Positions 24,519 to 38,526 of a stretch of 64,000 bases of DNA are shown here, one piece after another. The position numbers and the translations under genes were made by a program. Every line of letters begins with the position of its first letter. Positions within the stretch are counted from its first letter, which is position 1. This DNA is from Octopus vulgaris (lineage: Eukaryota), in NCBI GenBank assembly GCA_951406725.2, contig OX597833.1:56234001-56298000 (forward strand), read 5' to 3'. The notes beneath the pieces were generated by a model. It saw only the letters and a list, made by a program, of their open reading frames with translations, did not search any database and was not told the origin of the DNA.

Positions 24519-25109
24519 TATGTATACTGAGTTCTTAAAACAGGTTATTAATACCCTTTCTACTAGAAGCACAAAGCCTCAAATCTGCTTGCATGGGTCA
24601 GATGGAGTTTACTTGTGGTAGATTTTCTATGGTCAAAAGCCCTTTCCGTCACCAGCCCTCACTTGTTTTTTCCAAGCAGGGTAATATTTCCCCCCTTGGC
24701 AAGACATGTTCTGAGGGAATAATGGAAAAAATGAATGACACTGCTCACATGATGCACATTTACAAGCATGTAGAGAAACATGGAAACACAAAAATACACA
24801 CACTCCCTCTCTCACACACACACACACACAATGAGAGACAAGAGACTTTTACATCCACTAAGTTGAAAAAACTGTATGCAACTCAGAGGATACAAAACTA
24901 TGATGTCTCTCATTTATTTCTCTTCTTTTAAGTTTTACCTGAAGAAAGGCATTGTTTGAAACACTGGATTTTCCACTCCTCAGTGAGATTCACTCTACTC
25001 CTTTTATTGATTTTACCACATAAGCCTTGCTAATGCAGACCAACACCAGCCTGTTTGGGGTCTGTTTCATCATATGTATCAATATCTATATCTATATATA
25101 TATATATAT

Positions 25110-25520
25110 TCTCTTTTACTCTTTTGCTTGTTTCAGTCATTTGACTGTGGCCATGCTGGAGCACCACATTTAGTCAAGCAAATTGACCCCAGGACTTATT
25201 CTTTGTAAGCCTAGTACTTATTCTATCAATCTCTTTTGCTGAACCGCTAAGTTACGGGGACGTAAACACACCAGCATCGGTTGTCAAGCAATGCTAGGGG
25301 GACAAACACAGACACACAAACACACACACGCATACATATATATATATACATATATACGACAGGCTTCTTTCAGTTTCTGTCTACAAAATCCACTCGCAAG
25401 GCTTTGGTCGGCCCAAGGCTATAGTAGAAGACACTTGCCCAAGGTGCCATGCAGTGAGACTGAACCCGGAACCATGTGGCTGGTGAGTAAGCTACTTACC
25501 ACACAGCCACTCCTACGCCT
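25110..25520 (-). mobile_element. SINE family A
   Basis: Full reverse-complement copy. Confidence 0.9.
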
Positions 25521-25780
25521 ATATATAGTTAAAATTTATAGAAAAACAAAGACAAAGACAGGTGTAGGAACAACAAGCAAGTGTTTGATGCACAGGAAAA
25601 AATAGAAAAAGTCTTTTATGTTTCGAGCCTATGCTCTTCGACAGATGGGAGTAAGAGGAAATAAGTGGAGAGAAAATTAAAAAAAAACATGTTGAGTTCA
25701 GTTCACATTTAAGTAAATCTGTAGCTGTTTTACATAAATGTCTCTGCCTCTCTTTCTCTATTTCTACACACACACACACG

Positions 25781-25811
<31 letters not shown>

Positions 25812-26507
25812 ACGCATACACACATTGACTCTTTTGCATTGCTGTAGACACAGCTTTACTTAAACCACACTTAACTGCATGGATTTCCAAACATTGCTCT
25901 CTACACCGTACTGTATATATGAAATGAATGTGACTATCATTATGTGTACCTAACATCCACACACACACACACACACACACACAGACAACAACAATCTCAG
26001 ACAAACACATCGTTTGCAACGTATGTCTTTATCTATTTGTGTATTGGTGCAATCTAAATTTAGAAGAGATGAACTACTAGGAGAGCACCAGTCCATCTCT
26101 TAGTGGAAAACCAAATGTGAAGTTGGTGAAGAAGACAGGCATCCGTATACTTAGAAATTACCATTAAGATGAACCGAACTATTCCTGTTTATAACCATGG
26201 AATTAAAAACCACTTTCTGTCTGTCTTTGGTCTTTGTCTTCTATGAGATTCACCTCCAACTGCCACGCAAACCTTCCTTGTCTAACTGTCTGTCTCTTTC
26301 CATCTCTTTCTGTCCCCCTCTCTCTTACTCTGTGTGTGTGTGTGTGTGTACGTGTGTGTGAGTAGAAACAGAAAGAGGAGGAAAGACAGGGGAGTGGGAG
26401 GAGCGAGAGAGAGAGAGAGAGAGAGAGACATACATGCAATTAGAAAGAGAAAAAGATTTAAAAGTGAGAAAGATAGCAAATTTGTGTGTATACAAATATA
26501 TACATAC

Positions 26508-26542
<35 letters not shown>

Positions 26543-26606
26543 GGAGAACGGCAACGGGAAACTCAGAGTAACAGGTTTTGTTGAATTTTCTGCTGCTTTA
26601 AATAAA

Positions 26607-26643
<37 letters not shown>

Positions 26644-26664
26644 CAAATATATATATATATGCAT

Positions 26665-26725
<61 letters not shown>

Positions 26726-27796
26726 AATAAGAAAATGGAGGGGATCAATAGGTGGTTCATCAACTTTTAGACATTATATTATGTCAATTTATATATTTAT
26801 TTAATTACTAAAATGACAATTACAAGAATATATATATATACACACACACATATACACACACCGACATATATACATACACACACATACATATACATATACA
26901 CACATACACACACATCATCATCATCATCATCATCATCGTCGTCGTTGTCGTCATCAATCACTGGTATGAGTAGTTGGTAATGGCAGAGAGTAGTAGAAGA
27001 GAGAAAAAAAATCAAAAAGGAAAAAAAAAAAAATCAATGGACATATTCCATAGGAAGGATACTACTCTCTCCTCTACGGGAAAAGAAAAATGAATGGAAG
27101 AACCGACTCGATCTATGAATGAATGAATGAAATAACATGATACACTGATGATCGTGAGTGGGTACGCAACTGACAATGCCCCTCCCCCTCTGACTATCCC
27201 TATCCCTCTGCGAGAGGGGGGGAGGGGGAGGGGTTAATGATCTCTTATTCTATGTATGTGGGCTTCAGAATAGAGTTTACTACTACGCTACAACATATTT
27301 TTTTCTACCTTTTTTCATTAGACTCAATTATTTTTGATTATATTGTACATTAGAAAATTTCTGATTTTTTTTTTCTTCCACTTTTTTTTCCCATTCTTTT
27401 TTTTTCTTTCCTTTTATTTGTGTGGTTGTTTTTGTTGTGCTTACTTGTTGGTCTCGAAGGGAAAAAAAAAAATTATATATGTGAATAAAGATGAATTCCG
27501 TTATGGAGAAATAAAAGCTAAACTATCTCTTCTTCTTCTCCTAAAAATGGAGACCATTCCGCATATATAGATTCGGAATTAGAACAAGGAATCGACCTAC
27601 CTATCTTACAAATCCATCAGTCGATCTACCTTATACATCAATCGATAATCTATCTATCAACCTTGTGATAGATTATCTCAGAGTTTTGGTTCTAAATTGG
27701 AGTTGGAGCTGAAGGGAATTTGTGAGTAGGGGGGAGGATGCCGATGCCAGGGCGGTAGTCAACGGTGAGATAGTAAAGAGACGATACACACATACT

Positions 27797-27836
<40 letters not shown>

Positions 27837-28106
27837 TACATACATATATATATATATACACATACACATATACATGTATATAAGTATGTGTGTGTGTGAA
27901 TGTGTGAGTGTGTATGTGTGTATGTGTGTGTGTGTGGATGTGTTATACCTGTTATATACATACACATGCATGTTGGCACCAATTAACCAGGGACACACAG
28001 ACAAAAAATATAGAAGTAGTAGCAGTAAAAATGATGCCATTTAATAAAGAAAAAAATACATTTACACAAAAATTATATATAAAGAGAGAGGATGGGAGGA
28101 AGCGAG

Positions 28107-28155
<49 letters not shown>

Positions 28156-28663
28156 TATACGTATGTATGAATGTATATATGTAAGTATGAATGTATGAAC
28201 ATATGTATTTCTGTAGCATAGCAGCGTAGTTCTTTATGAATGAATAAATGAACGTATGAATGAACAACTCTTAGACTATACACACTTACCTACGCATATG
28301 GATGAATGTAAAATTCTTCAATGAATAGCAGAACAAGGGCAAGTTACGCTACTGTACATGTACATATATGGACATCGGAGTAGGAGTAGGAGTGAGCTGT
28401 TTACACACACACATATACATATAGACAATCAGGTGTATATCTTTATATAAATACAAATACATTATATTTGTGTGATCAGTAAAATGAAGGCATATATTTA
28501 TATGTATATATATATACATCTATTTTGACAATGAATGTCTTAGAAAATATATTGTAGGTATCTTCGCGCTCCAATAAATAATATATAATATAATATAATA
28601 TATATATATATATATCAAAAGAAAAACAGGACGCAAAGGATTTTGCGGTACATATGTTTCGGG

Positions 28664-28723
<60 letters not shown>

Positions 28724-29854
28724 ATGTATATATATATGTATATATATATATACACACATACACATATATATATATATACATACACATACACATATATATA
28801 CATACACACACACATACATATTCATATATATATATATACAAACACATACATATTCATATATATATATATATGTATATATACATACATGTGTATGTGTGTG
28901 TGCATGTGTATGTATGTATGGATACACAAACACACATCTATATAAATATATATATAATATATATATATTATATATATATATATATATTATATATATATAT
29001 AGCTGATATGACTAAATTCAGTTATTTGATTGAAATTTCAGTCTTGCAACTCCTTCCTGTTATTTTATTGTGTTGTAATATTGAATTAGTATTGAATGCT
29101 GTAGAATTTTATAGCTTATTTCTATTACTACAAGTTAGCTATTGCGCATATATATATACATTTATGTGTGTGTGTATACGTGTGTGTGTGTGTGTGTGTG
29201 CGTGTGTCTATGTATGTGTGAAGAGCAGACGTAGTTGTAAGGCGAAAAAACTTCATCAGCCCCACAAACCTTAGGCTAGTGTCTTGTTTGCCAGCTCAGA
29301 TCAAAGTGTCCAACCCATCCCAGCATGAGAAACAGACACTAGAGGATGATAATGATGACGCTGTACATACACACACACAAACACACACACACATGCATGC
29401 ACACACATATGTATATAACCTCTCAATGCCTAGCATAAAGCCAACTCCCTCTCTAATGCAACCCGCCTCATTCAAGTGGCCTTTGTATGTGTCTTGCCGA
29501 TTACTTGGTCACCTCACTAATGCCTCTGCCATGAAAACAACACCCTGTACACTCTGTAAAATGGGTGGCATTAGGAAGTGCATCCAATTATAGAAACCCG
29601 GGCAAAGCAGACATTAGAGCTCAACAGATTCTATCTATGTATCCAATCCATGGCAGCATGGAAGAAGGATATTAAATGATAATAAAATAATTTATCTATG
29701 CATGTTTTAAGTTGTGAAACAATTGTTGTTATATAAGAATTTCCAATGGTTGAATAAATTTTATCATACTATATTTCTCTAATTATTTATAAATATACAC
29801 ACACATATAGACAGTAACGAAAGGGTTAAAGAAGGGGAAAAAACCATCATCAAT

Positions 29855-30797
29855 GACAATCCAAGCAATGGAACACCATCAACTGTGACCATTGACACTG
29901 GCAAGTAGACAGACAGACAGAGGAATCAGAATTCATGAACCTGTTGCATGATGGAACTGCAATCACACTGCATTACAGAAGATGATGGAAGACTTAAAGC
30001 ATCAAAAATTATTTGCAAAGTAGATACCTCAGCAATTGACACCCAATTTGAAGAAGAGAAGGGTGGAAGTCTACTCTGATCTACCTGAAGCATTTGAACC
30101 CAATGAAGACACTTTCTCTTTCTTCTGATATGGTGACAACGAATATAAAGTGGTAACATTTTTATGATATGGAAATGAAGCCCCACTCCATGGAATGACA
30201 TCACAGCTCTTCTCCAAGGTCTAAGAAGATCAAGAGCTAACGATCAGCACAGAAAGTCTTGGTGACTGTTTTCTGGGATGAAAAGGGTGTGATTCTCCTA
30301 GACATTTTTTTGTAACTTAACTGTACCCTGAAGAGTAAAAGGTGCACTGAGACACTCAAAAAGCATAGAGAGCCAATTAGGAGGAAGAAACCAAAAATGA
30401 TTCACATTCACTTTGACAAAGTGCAACCATATACATCTTGGCAACAAACTGGGCTGGTCAGTGGTTCCCCCATCAACCCAGATCTGGAATCCTCCAGTTT
30501 TCACCTTCCAGTCCAACGGAAGACAATCTTCATGGACAATGTTTTGATGACACAGATGAAGTGAAAGTGGCTGTGAAGAAGCAGGTACAGCTATTACAAC
30601 CAAGCACACTAGAATCTTTTTTTTCAAAGAGGATTCAAGAGTTGAGTTCAATAATGGTGCAAATGCATTACTTGTGATGAAACCTAGGTCAAGTAAGGAG
30701 GAAGAATTACTCAAGCAACATGTGCAGTTTGATCAAGCTATGTCATTTAATGAAAAAGCTATGCTTGCTTTTGAATTACTTTCAATACAACCCTTAT
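29855..30797 (+). pseudogene. Decayed mariner transposase
   Basis: MVT..KW*HFYDME.KPHSME*HHSSSPRSKK..RSAQKVLVTVFWDEKGVILLD; degenerate PHQP.SPDL motif near 30465-30490. Confidence 0.8.
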
Positions 30798-31046
30798 GTG
30801 TCTGTATATATATATATATCACCGTGACTGACCAGGCTATCAGATGTTGCTACACCTCGCTGGTCACAATGCGCTTCACATTGTTTTAGCCTTCAAATGA
30901 CACCACCTCGCTGGCTAAGCAAGCAGGCCAATATATATATATATATAATAATATGAGGGAATATTATTCCAAACTTACAGGGAAAAATTCAATTTAGAAA
31001 TACTAAATCAAATTTCACAAAATATAATACATATATATAAATTAGA

Positions 31047-31112
<66 letters not shown>

Positions 31113-32165
31113 CAGTTCAGAGGTCTAATAATCATAGACTTGCAAATTCTAACCATGAAAGCTAGTACATCCTTTGCATATTTAAGCCATTGGCAACTAA
31201 ACCAGGAAATTTGCCAAACTTGCTTTCTTTGAGGAGAAGGTGATATTTAAGTCCTCTGCAGGATGAAAAACAAAACCTGTGAAAGGGCAAATGAACCCAA
31301 GAGAGTCAATGATCATTTACTAGAGTGTATATATGCACAAGCATAAACACGTGTGTATAAGCATGTACATATATATGTGTATATTTACAATTGCGATGCT
31401 GATGATGTTTATTGAGTTAGAAATGTGTTTACAACTCCAGAATATACAGATTTGTATTATCCTTAATGATACGCTAATTCTGGGGAATTATTGATTCCTT
31501 GGAAGAATCTCTCTTTGTCATTCAAAGCGAAGTTGCAATTGCCGCTAGGTGTTTGCTCACTTTCTCTCAAAACAAAGATAATTTCAGTAGATCAAAAATT
31601 TATCTTGAATGATAGTGTGCCTTTCTTCATCTTTATTGTTCAAAGTAATGCCACTGGACACTTGGAATTATTTCTTTTTCACTCATTTTCATTGTGTGTG
31701 TGTGTGGAAGGATGGATGGATGGCTGGTTGGACGGATGGATGTATGGATGAATGGTAGTCCCTTGGTTCAATAAGAATTCAGTTGTTCAATCAACTGGAT
31801 GACCAGCTAAGTGAACTGATGTATATGTGGTCGAGCATTTCAAAGATCCTTGGCATACTTCCCAGGTAGGATAAGCATGGAAGAGTGTGTAATGATGCTG
31901 TGCTTTTGAATTATGTGTACAAAAAAGGCTTCTATACACTTCCTGTTTACTCAATTTTCCTCGCAAGATACAGATTGACCAAAAAGTTATAGAAGATGAC
32001 ATCTTCCCAAGATGCCAAACAGTGGGATCAAACCTGGTACCTCTTGGTTGTGAGGCAAATTTCTTACCATTCAGCCATACTGTGAAAAATATAACTGATG
32101 ACATATCCTGTGTGTGACTTATTACTGACTATGTCATCGGTATAATTTTTACATTGGTTTTACGT

Positions 32166-33250
32166 ACTCTTTTACTTGCTTCAGTCATTTGACTGCGGCC
32201 ATGCTGGAGCACCGCCTTTAGTCAAGCAGATTGACTCCAGGACTTATTCTTTGTAAGCCTAGTACTTATTCTATCGGCCTCTCTCACCGAACTGCTAAGT
32301 TACAGGGACGTAAACACACCAGCATCAGTTGTCAAGCGATGTTGGGGGGGACAAGCACAGACACATATACACACACACATACATATACATATATACGACA
32401 GGCTTCTTTCAGTTTCTGTCTACCAAATCCACTTACAAGGCTTTGGTCGGCCCGAGGCTATAGTAGAAGACACTTGCCCAAGGTGCCACGCAGTGGGACT
32501 GAACCCGGAACCATGTGGTTGGTAAGCAAGCTACTTACCACACAGCCACTCCTGTGCCTATATATATATATATATATATATACAACAGGCTTCTTTCAGT
32601 TTCCGTCTACCAAATCCACTTGCAAGGCTTTGGTCAGCCTGAGGTTATAGTAGAAGACACTTGCCCAAGGTGCCACGCAGTGGGACTGAACCCGGAACCA
32701 TGTGGTTCGTTAGCAAGCTACTTACCACACAGCCACTCCTACGCCCATGTGGGCATGAATTAAATGGAACTTATTATTGGGGTACATACTTCATGGCTGG
32801 AGGTTCTTCCAGTCAGCAACCTTCATTTGATTTTCAAGTAAGACAGTTTTCATTTTTCATTCCACTAATTTTCTCATGTTCACTGGATTATATTTGTTTA
32901 CAGGTGAATACTCTCTTTTACTCTTTTACTTGTTTCAGTCATTTGACTGCGGCCATGCTGGAGCACCGCCTTTAATCGAGCAACTCGACCCCGGCACTTA
33001 TTTTTTGTAAGCCCAGTACTTATTCTATCGGTCTCTTTTGCCGAACCGCTAAGTGATGGGGACATAAACATACCAGCATCAGTTGTCAAGCAATGCTAAG
33101 GGGACAAACACAGACACACAAACACATACATATATATACATATATACGACAGGCTTCTTTCAGTTTCCGTCTACCAAATCCACTCACAAGGCATTGGTCG
33201 GCCCGGTGCTATAGCAGAAGACACTTGCCCAAGATGCCACGCAGTGGAAC
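32166..33250 (-). mobile_element. Cluster of three SINE A copies (32166-32560, 32585-32745 head only, 32911-33250)
   Basis: Reverse-complement matches to the family consensus seen elsewhere in the window. Confidence 0.85.
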
Positions 33251-34046
33251 GTACACAATATTAAAGCTTTTTCCTCAGATGTTGTTCAGGAGACATGTGG
33301 AATTGACAATCTCACACATATTCACACACATACACACAAATATACACCATGCCCTTTCTAATGCCAACCATTTTACACTCACAGAGCTTTGGCTGACCCA
33401 AGGCTACAGCAGAAGAAACTTGCTCAAGATACTATACAGTGAGACATGCCAACACACAATAGCCACCTTTTCAGTTTATGTCTACCAAATTCGTTTACAA
33501 GGCGTTGATTGGCTCAGGGCAATAGTAGAAGACACTTGCCCTAGGTGATGCACAGTCCTAAGGTGGGACTGAACCCAAAACCGTGTGAAGCAAATTTCTT
33601 AACCACACAACGTCTGTGTCTATGTGTGAATGATAGCCTGTCATGCACATGGCATTCAAAAGCAAGGGAGATAATCTTAAATACTAGTAATGGAGTGATG
33701 ACTTTAGTTTTGAGTGTGTGTGTGTGTATGTGTGTGTGTGTGTATGTGTGTGTGTGTGTGTGTGTGTATGTGTGTGTGTGCATGTGTGTGTATATATCTA
33801 ATGGTTCTAATGTAAAACATTAGGGGTATAATTATAATGGTGCATATACTAAGTGATAAATAAATATGATATTAATATAAACAGAAAGTGAATATTTTTT
33901 AAGATGATATCGAACCCACAAGTGTAAACAAGAGAGACAGAGAAAGGCAGAAACAAGGAAAATGCCCCTTGTATTTGAACACTAAACAGATATTCTTTTA
34001 AAAAAAGTTTTCTTTCAATTTTTCTAAATTTAATTATTTAATCGTT

Positions 34047-34084
34047 ACAGTTGAAAAGGTCTCTAATGACTGAAACCGGTACTG
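34047..34084 (+). ncRNA. Minimal hammerhead variant
   Basis: cag TTGAAAA ggtc tctaat gact GAAA ccgg TA ctg, followed by a short tail and (TA)n. Confidence 0.55.
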
Positions 34085-34137
34085 AAATGTTGTTTATAAA
34101 AATTATTTTAGCATTTTCTATCTTGACTTGTTTTTTC

Positions 34138-34184
<47 letters not shown>

Positions 34185-34399
34185 TGAAATATCAGAGGCA
34201 AGAAGAGTTCATATACATAAGTGTTCCTATGAATTATTCTCTATAAAAGTCTTAAAGTTTCTCAGTTGGGGTAGTGGAAGGAGTGGAGTCACTTCTGTTA
34301 GAAAGCGGTCTCAGAGGGGGCTGTATAGCATCTTATATAGTGATGTTACACGATGTGAAGATCTCAACAGATATCCATAAACTTATCAGATGGGTAGCA

Positions 34400-34740
34400 C
34401 TACAGCAGCAGGGACTTGTTTAAGTGGTTGCATGTTCCAAACATTCTGAATGCATGTTTAGATACTCTTACATGGCTTTCAAGTAAAATCTGCCCTTCAC
34501 TAAATGGTATCTTTTAGTTCCACTAATGTTAGGTTTAAGTCCCTTATTCTCTATTTGACTGCATAATCTGAGTTACTCTCTTTAAGCAACCATATGTATT
34601 TTGATAAGGCTGTTGACAATCGTTTTCTTCATCTCTGAAGAAGGCAGTATGATTACATATTGCTGCTTGAATCTCCCCTCAGTCATTTCAATATAACTTT
34701 TGGTCTTAGTTTTCCCATCTATTTTGGAAATTAGCACTCA
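34400..34740 (-). pseudogene. Decayed Penelope-like GIY-YIG endonuclease C-terminal region
   Basis: SYIEMTEGRFKQQY/NHTAFFRDEE/RLSTALSKYIWLLKESNSDYAVK*RI...CNHLNKSLL resembles PLE YIG.TE..FK.RY.NH..SFR...ST.LSKYIW.LK...CRH.NKFLL. Confidence 0.75.
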
Positions 34741-34865
34741 TTTAATTAGTATTCATGCATACACGATGATATATATATAACTGTATAATTGACGGTATTT
34801 ATTATAAGCCTTCTTTTTGACATATTCTTACCCATTATATATCTATCTATCCATCTATCTATCTA

Positions 34866-34953
<88 letters not shown>

Positions 34954-35520
34954 TATATACATATATATATACATATATGTATATATATATGTGTGCTGTA
35001 TTTTGTGGTATCGTAGATCCTGTATCATAGATTATATGCCCTGATTTTGGAAATGTAATTCTAGCAAAAAAGTGTTTATACTTACCAAAACCACAGCCAC
35101 ATGATAGGGTAGTACCCAGCAGGTGCATGCTAAATGCTGTTATCAGACAAAATTGGTGGGCAAACCAGCAGAGTGCTCATGCCTGTCATTACGTGAAATC
35201 ACCAGTTGATGTCTACCTACCTGGTGGTTTGCTGCTGGCTGTTACTGTAGAACCCAACACTATACTTTGTACTTTAAATGTCCAGCAATTATTCATGCAA
35301 CATGCCGTAGTGATCATACCACACCCACCGCTGTTGATCACCTATCAACTACTGGTACCCAAGTATAACTCACTAACCATTCCACTGAGTAGAGAAAATC
35401 CCAGCAACAGCTTCTCAACAGGCATCATGGAATTTGATGGGTAATTTTCAAGGTGTATTTTTTTTTTATAAACCTGTGTCTTCCATGCTATAAAATATTG
35501 TATGTGTATATATGTGTGTG

Positions 35521-35780
35521 TGGAGGTACGTGGCTTAGTGGTTAGGGTGTCAGCATCATGATTGTAAGATTGTGGTTTCGATTCCTGGACTGGGCGACGT
35601 GTTGTGTTCTTGAGCAAAACACTTCATTTCACATTGCTCCAGTCCACTCAGCTGGCAAAAATTAGTAACGCTGCGATGGACTGGCGTCCCATCCAGCTGG
35701 GGAACACATACGCCATGGAAACCGGGGAACCGGGCCCATGAGTCTGGCTAGGCTTTAAAAGGGTGCATTTATTTATTTAT
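35521..35780 (+). mobile_element. tRNA-derived CORE-like SINE (probably OR2)
   Basis: A and B boxes, gttcttgagcaaaacactt CORE-like block, gcgatggactggcgtcccatccag, (ATTT)n tail; tail fragment on minus at 15337-15412. Confidence 0.75.
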
Positions 35781-36104
35781 ATTTATATATATGTGTGTGT
35801 GTGTGGCTGGTCAAGTTATGTTCAAATATTTGCTTAAGATAAGTGACCTAGTTTGCACAGCTACTACTTTGGTCAGGTTTTGTCCCTCACAACCAGTGTC
35901 TTTTAGAAATGAACAAGATAAAAGAAGTTAATCTGTTCTTTATTTTATTCAGTCAATCAATTATGGAATTTATTAATACATGCAATTATAGCATTAGGGA
36001 ACTGTGATTCTCTGATCTTATAGGAAACATGTGTAAGCTAGAATAAGATGTATAAATATCCATTACCTCTGGGTCTTTTCTATAATATATATATATATAC
36101 ATAT

Positions 36105-36240
36105 ATAATCAAAATAAGCAACAAGAATAACTCCGGTAATTTGGTACGATCGTTTCACACTACATCATTTTATTAAATGTTGTAAGTATTACAACAGTTT
36201 TAAAATTACCGGAGTTATTCTTGTTGCTTATTTTGATTAT
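36105..36240. repeat. 38-bp perfect inverted repeat with a hammerhead 3' half in the loop
   Basis: ataatcaaaataagcaacaagaataactccggtaattt and its reverse complement; minus-strand GAAA cgatcg TA in the loop. Confidence 0.8.
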
Positions 36241-36328
36241 AATCACCCCATGGATTTATATGGATAACACCATACAGAATTCTAGTGCATCTAACTTAAG
36301 TACCATATTCATTTGAATCTATCTATAT

Positions 36329-36675
36329 ATATTAATAGTTATTGCCAAGCTAACATGGAAGTCCAGGAAAATAGGACGAATGCTGCCGTTGATTAACTCC
36401 AAGAGGCCATCGCCTCTAGCTAGCAATGTGACACACAAACTTGGGAGGTCAGCTACTTCCCCTAGACGGTCTGGCGGAGAAGCAGCTGACCTCCCCTGTT
36501 CAAAGGTTATAATGGACACAGGTTTGTGTGTCACATAGCTAGCTAGAGGCAATGGCCTCTTGGAGCTAATCAATGGCCTCTTGGAGCTAATCAATGGCCT
36601 CTTGGAGCTAATCAATGGCAGCATTCATCCTATTTTTCTGGACTGCCATGTTAGCTCAGCGATAACTATTAATAT
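36329..36675. repeat. Nested foldback: ~110-bp outer arms, inner 17-bp hairpin, 21-bp unit triplicated in the right arm
   Basis: Arms 36329-36440 and 36522-36675; gggaggtcagctacttc/gaagcagctgacctccc; (caatggcctcttggagctaat)x3. Confidence 0.9.
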
Positions 36676-37502
36676 CCAGTACCGCTGCTGTAGTCTCCTT
36701 TAGAGAGACTTAGAAATATTAATATTTATATATATATATATATATACACACACACATATTAGACAATGTTAAATCATTGTAGATTTCATGATGCATTACT
36801 TTTGACAAACAATGTAAACTGTAGATTTCATGGTAAACATAAAAATAGTAAACTTCATTACTCCAACTGTTTCAGTGGAAGCAGTAGTATGGCACTTTCT
36901 CATCAGCTGGCTATGCATTTAGAACAAAAAGCCATTGCAGTCCATTGTAACGCTGTACTGTAAATGAAATTTAATAGAAAATCACTACTCAACAGCATTA
37001 CAATTTTACATAGAACCCCACGAAAGAAATGGGAAGGATAACTATGGAAGTTTTACTAATGGCAAAATACAATCCTGAGCTTACTACACAGGTACAACTC
37101 ATGTGAAACAGGTATATCATGTAACATAAGCATGGCTGTCTGTTTAAGAAGTTTGCTTCCCAACCACACGTTTTCAATCCCACAGTCTTTTTACTATAGC
37201 CCTGGGTTGACCAAAGCCTTGTTGATGAATTTGATAGACAGAAATTCAAAGAAGCCCATTGTATGTATGTATCATCATCATCAACATCATCATTTAACGT
37301 CTGCTTTCCATGCTTGCATGGGTTGGACAATTTGACTGAGGACTGGCGAACCAGATGGCTGGACCAGGCTCCAATCTTGATCTGGCAGAGTTTCTACAGC
37401 TGGATGCCCTTCCTAATGCCAACCACTCCGTGAGTGCAGTGGGTGCTTTTGCATGCCACCGGCATGAGGGATAGTCAGGCAGTATATATATACACATATA
37501 TA

Positions 37503-37547
<45 letters not shown>

Positions 37548-37915
37548 CATGCAATGCACAGTCACACACACACATATATGTCCATTCAACAAATTTCATC
37601 AACTGTCAAGCTAATACATTTCTTGTGAATGTCCGTGCACTCATTTTTTTTTTATTTTTCATTTATTTGAATTGACTATTTACTGCACACTCACCACTGA
37701 TTGTCCACATCCTTCTGACTGATTTGGAGTACATGATACATGGATTTCTTGCTCTGCCCTTAGATTATGCTACCCTTTAATTCATTCAGAGCATGTCATT
37801 TCTGCACCTATGATTATATATATAGGGGGAGAGTTTACGAAAAAAACAAAAGACGAAGACAGGTGGTGTACAAAACAAACAGATGTATTAGTATAACGCT
37901 CAGGAATTGAAAAAG

Positions 37916-37953
37916 CCTTTTACGTTTCGAGCCTACGCTCTTCTACAGAAAGG
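37916..37953 (-). ncRNA. Minimal hammerhead variant in a dispersed element (37826-38000; second copy 25530-25690)
   Basis: ccttt CTGTAGA a gagc gtag gctc GAAA cg TA aaagg; the paralog reads CTGTCGA a gagc atag gctc GAAA ca TA. Confidence 0.65.
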
Positions 37954-38232
37954 GACACAGAAAAAAATGTGTGTAGTGGTTATCGGTCTATCATGGCGAC
38001 AAGCATGAGTATATGAGAGTGTATAAGTGTGTGTATGAGTGTGTTTGTGTTGACTTTTCTTGACATCACAGAATAGTTGCAAATGAATGACAAGGTCTTA
38101 ATCAGACAAGAGAAACTATTACCTTGCATCATGGAAACAGGTGAAGGTTGGAGACAGGAAAGGCATCCTGCAACAGAACTTCTACCTCTTAATCTCTTAA
38201 TTCCGCCTGAAAAAGTGGACTTTAAAATGATG

Positions 38233-38267
<35 letters not shown>

Positions 38268-38324
38268 TTATGAGAGGTAATGGTGTCAAGAAGACCCAAA
38301 GGTGTGAGGTAATGTTTCGCACCC

Positions 38325-38370
38325 TCTCCGATGAAGGGATATATAAAATATACCGGAAACAGCTGTAAGA
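38325..38370 (+). ncRNA. Minimal hammerhead motif in an element between (TA)n tracts
   Basis: tct CCGATGA a gggatatat aaa atataccg GAAA cagctg TA aga. Confidence 0.65.
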
Positions 38371-38438
38371 CCTTCTCTTTAAAAATGTTCTGAGATCTTT
38401 CACGGCCTTGGATTTTTATCTCATTCTGTTAATGTTAC

Positions 38439-38481
<43 letters not shown>

Positions 38482-38526
38482 TTTTACATGTGTCAGCCCT
38501 AAGGCAGTGATATATATATATTAACA

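Noticed and set aside
32231-33548. Recurrent ORFs with RRHLPKVPRSGTEPGTMWLVSKLLTTQPLL suggesting a gene family
   Set aside because: Antisense translation of SINE A
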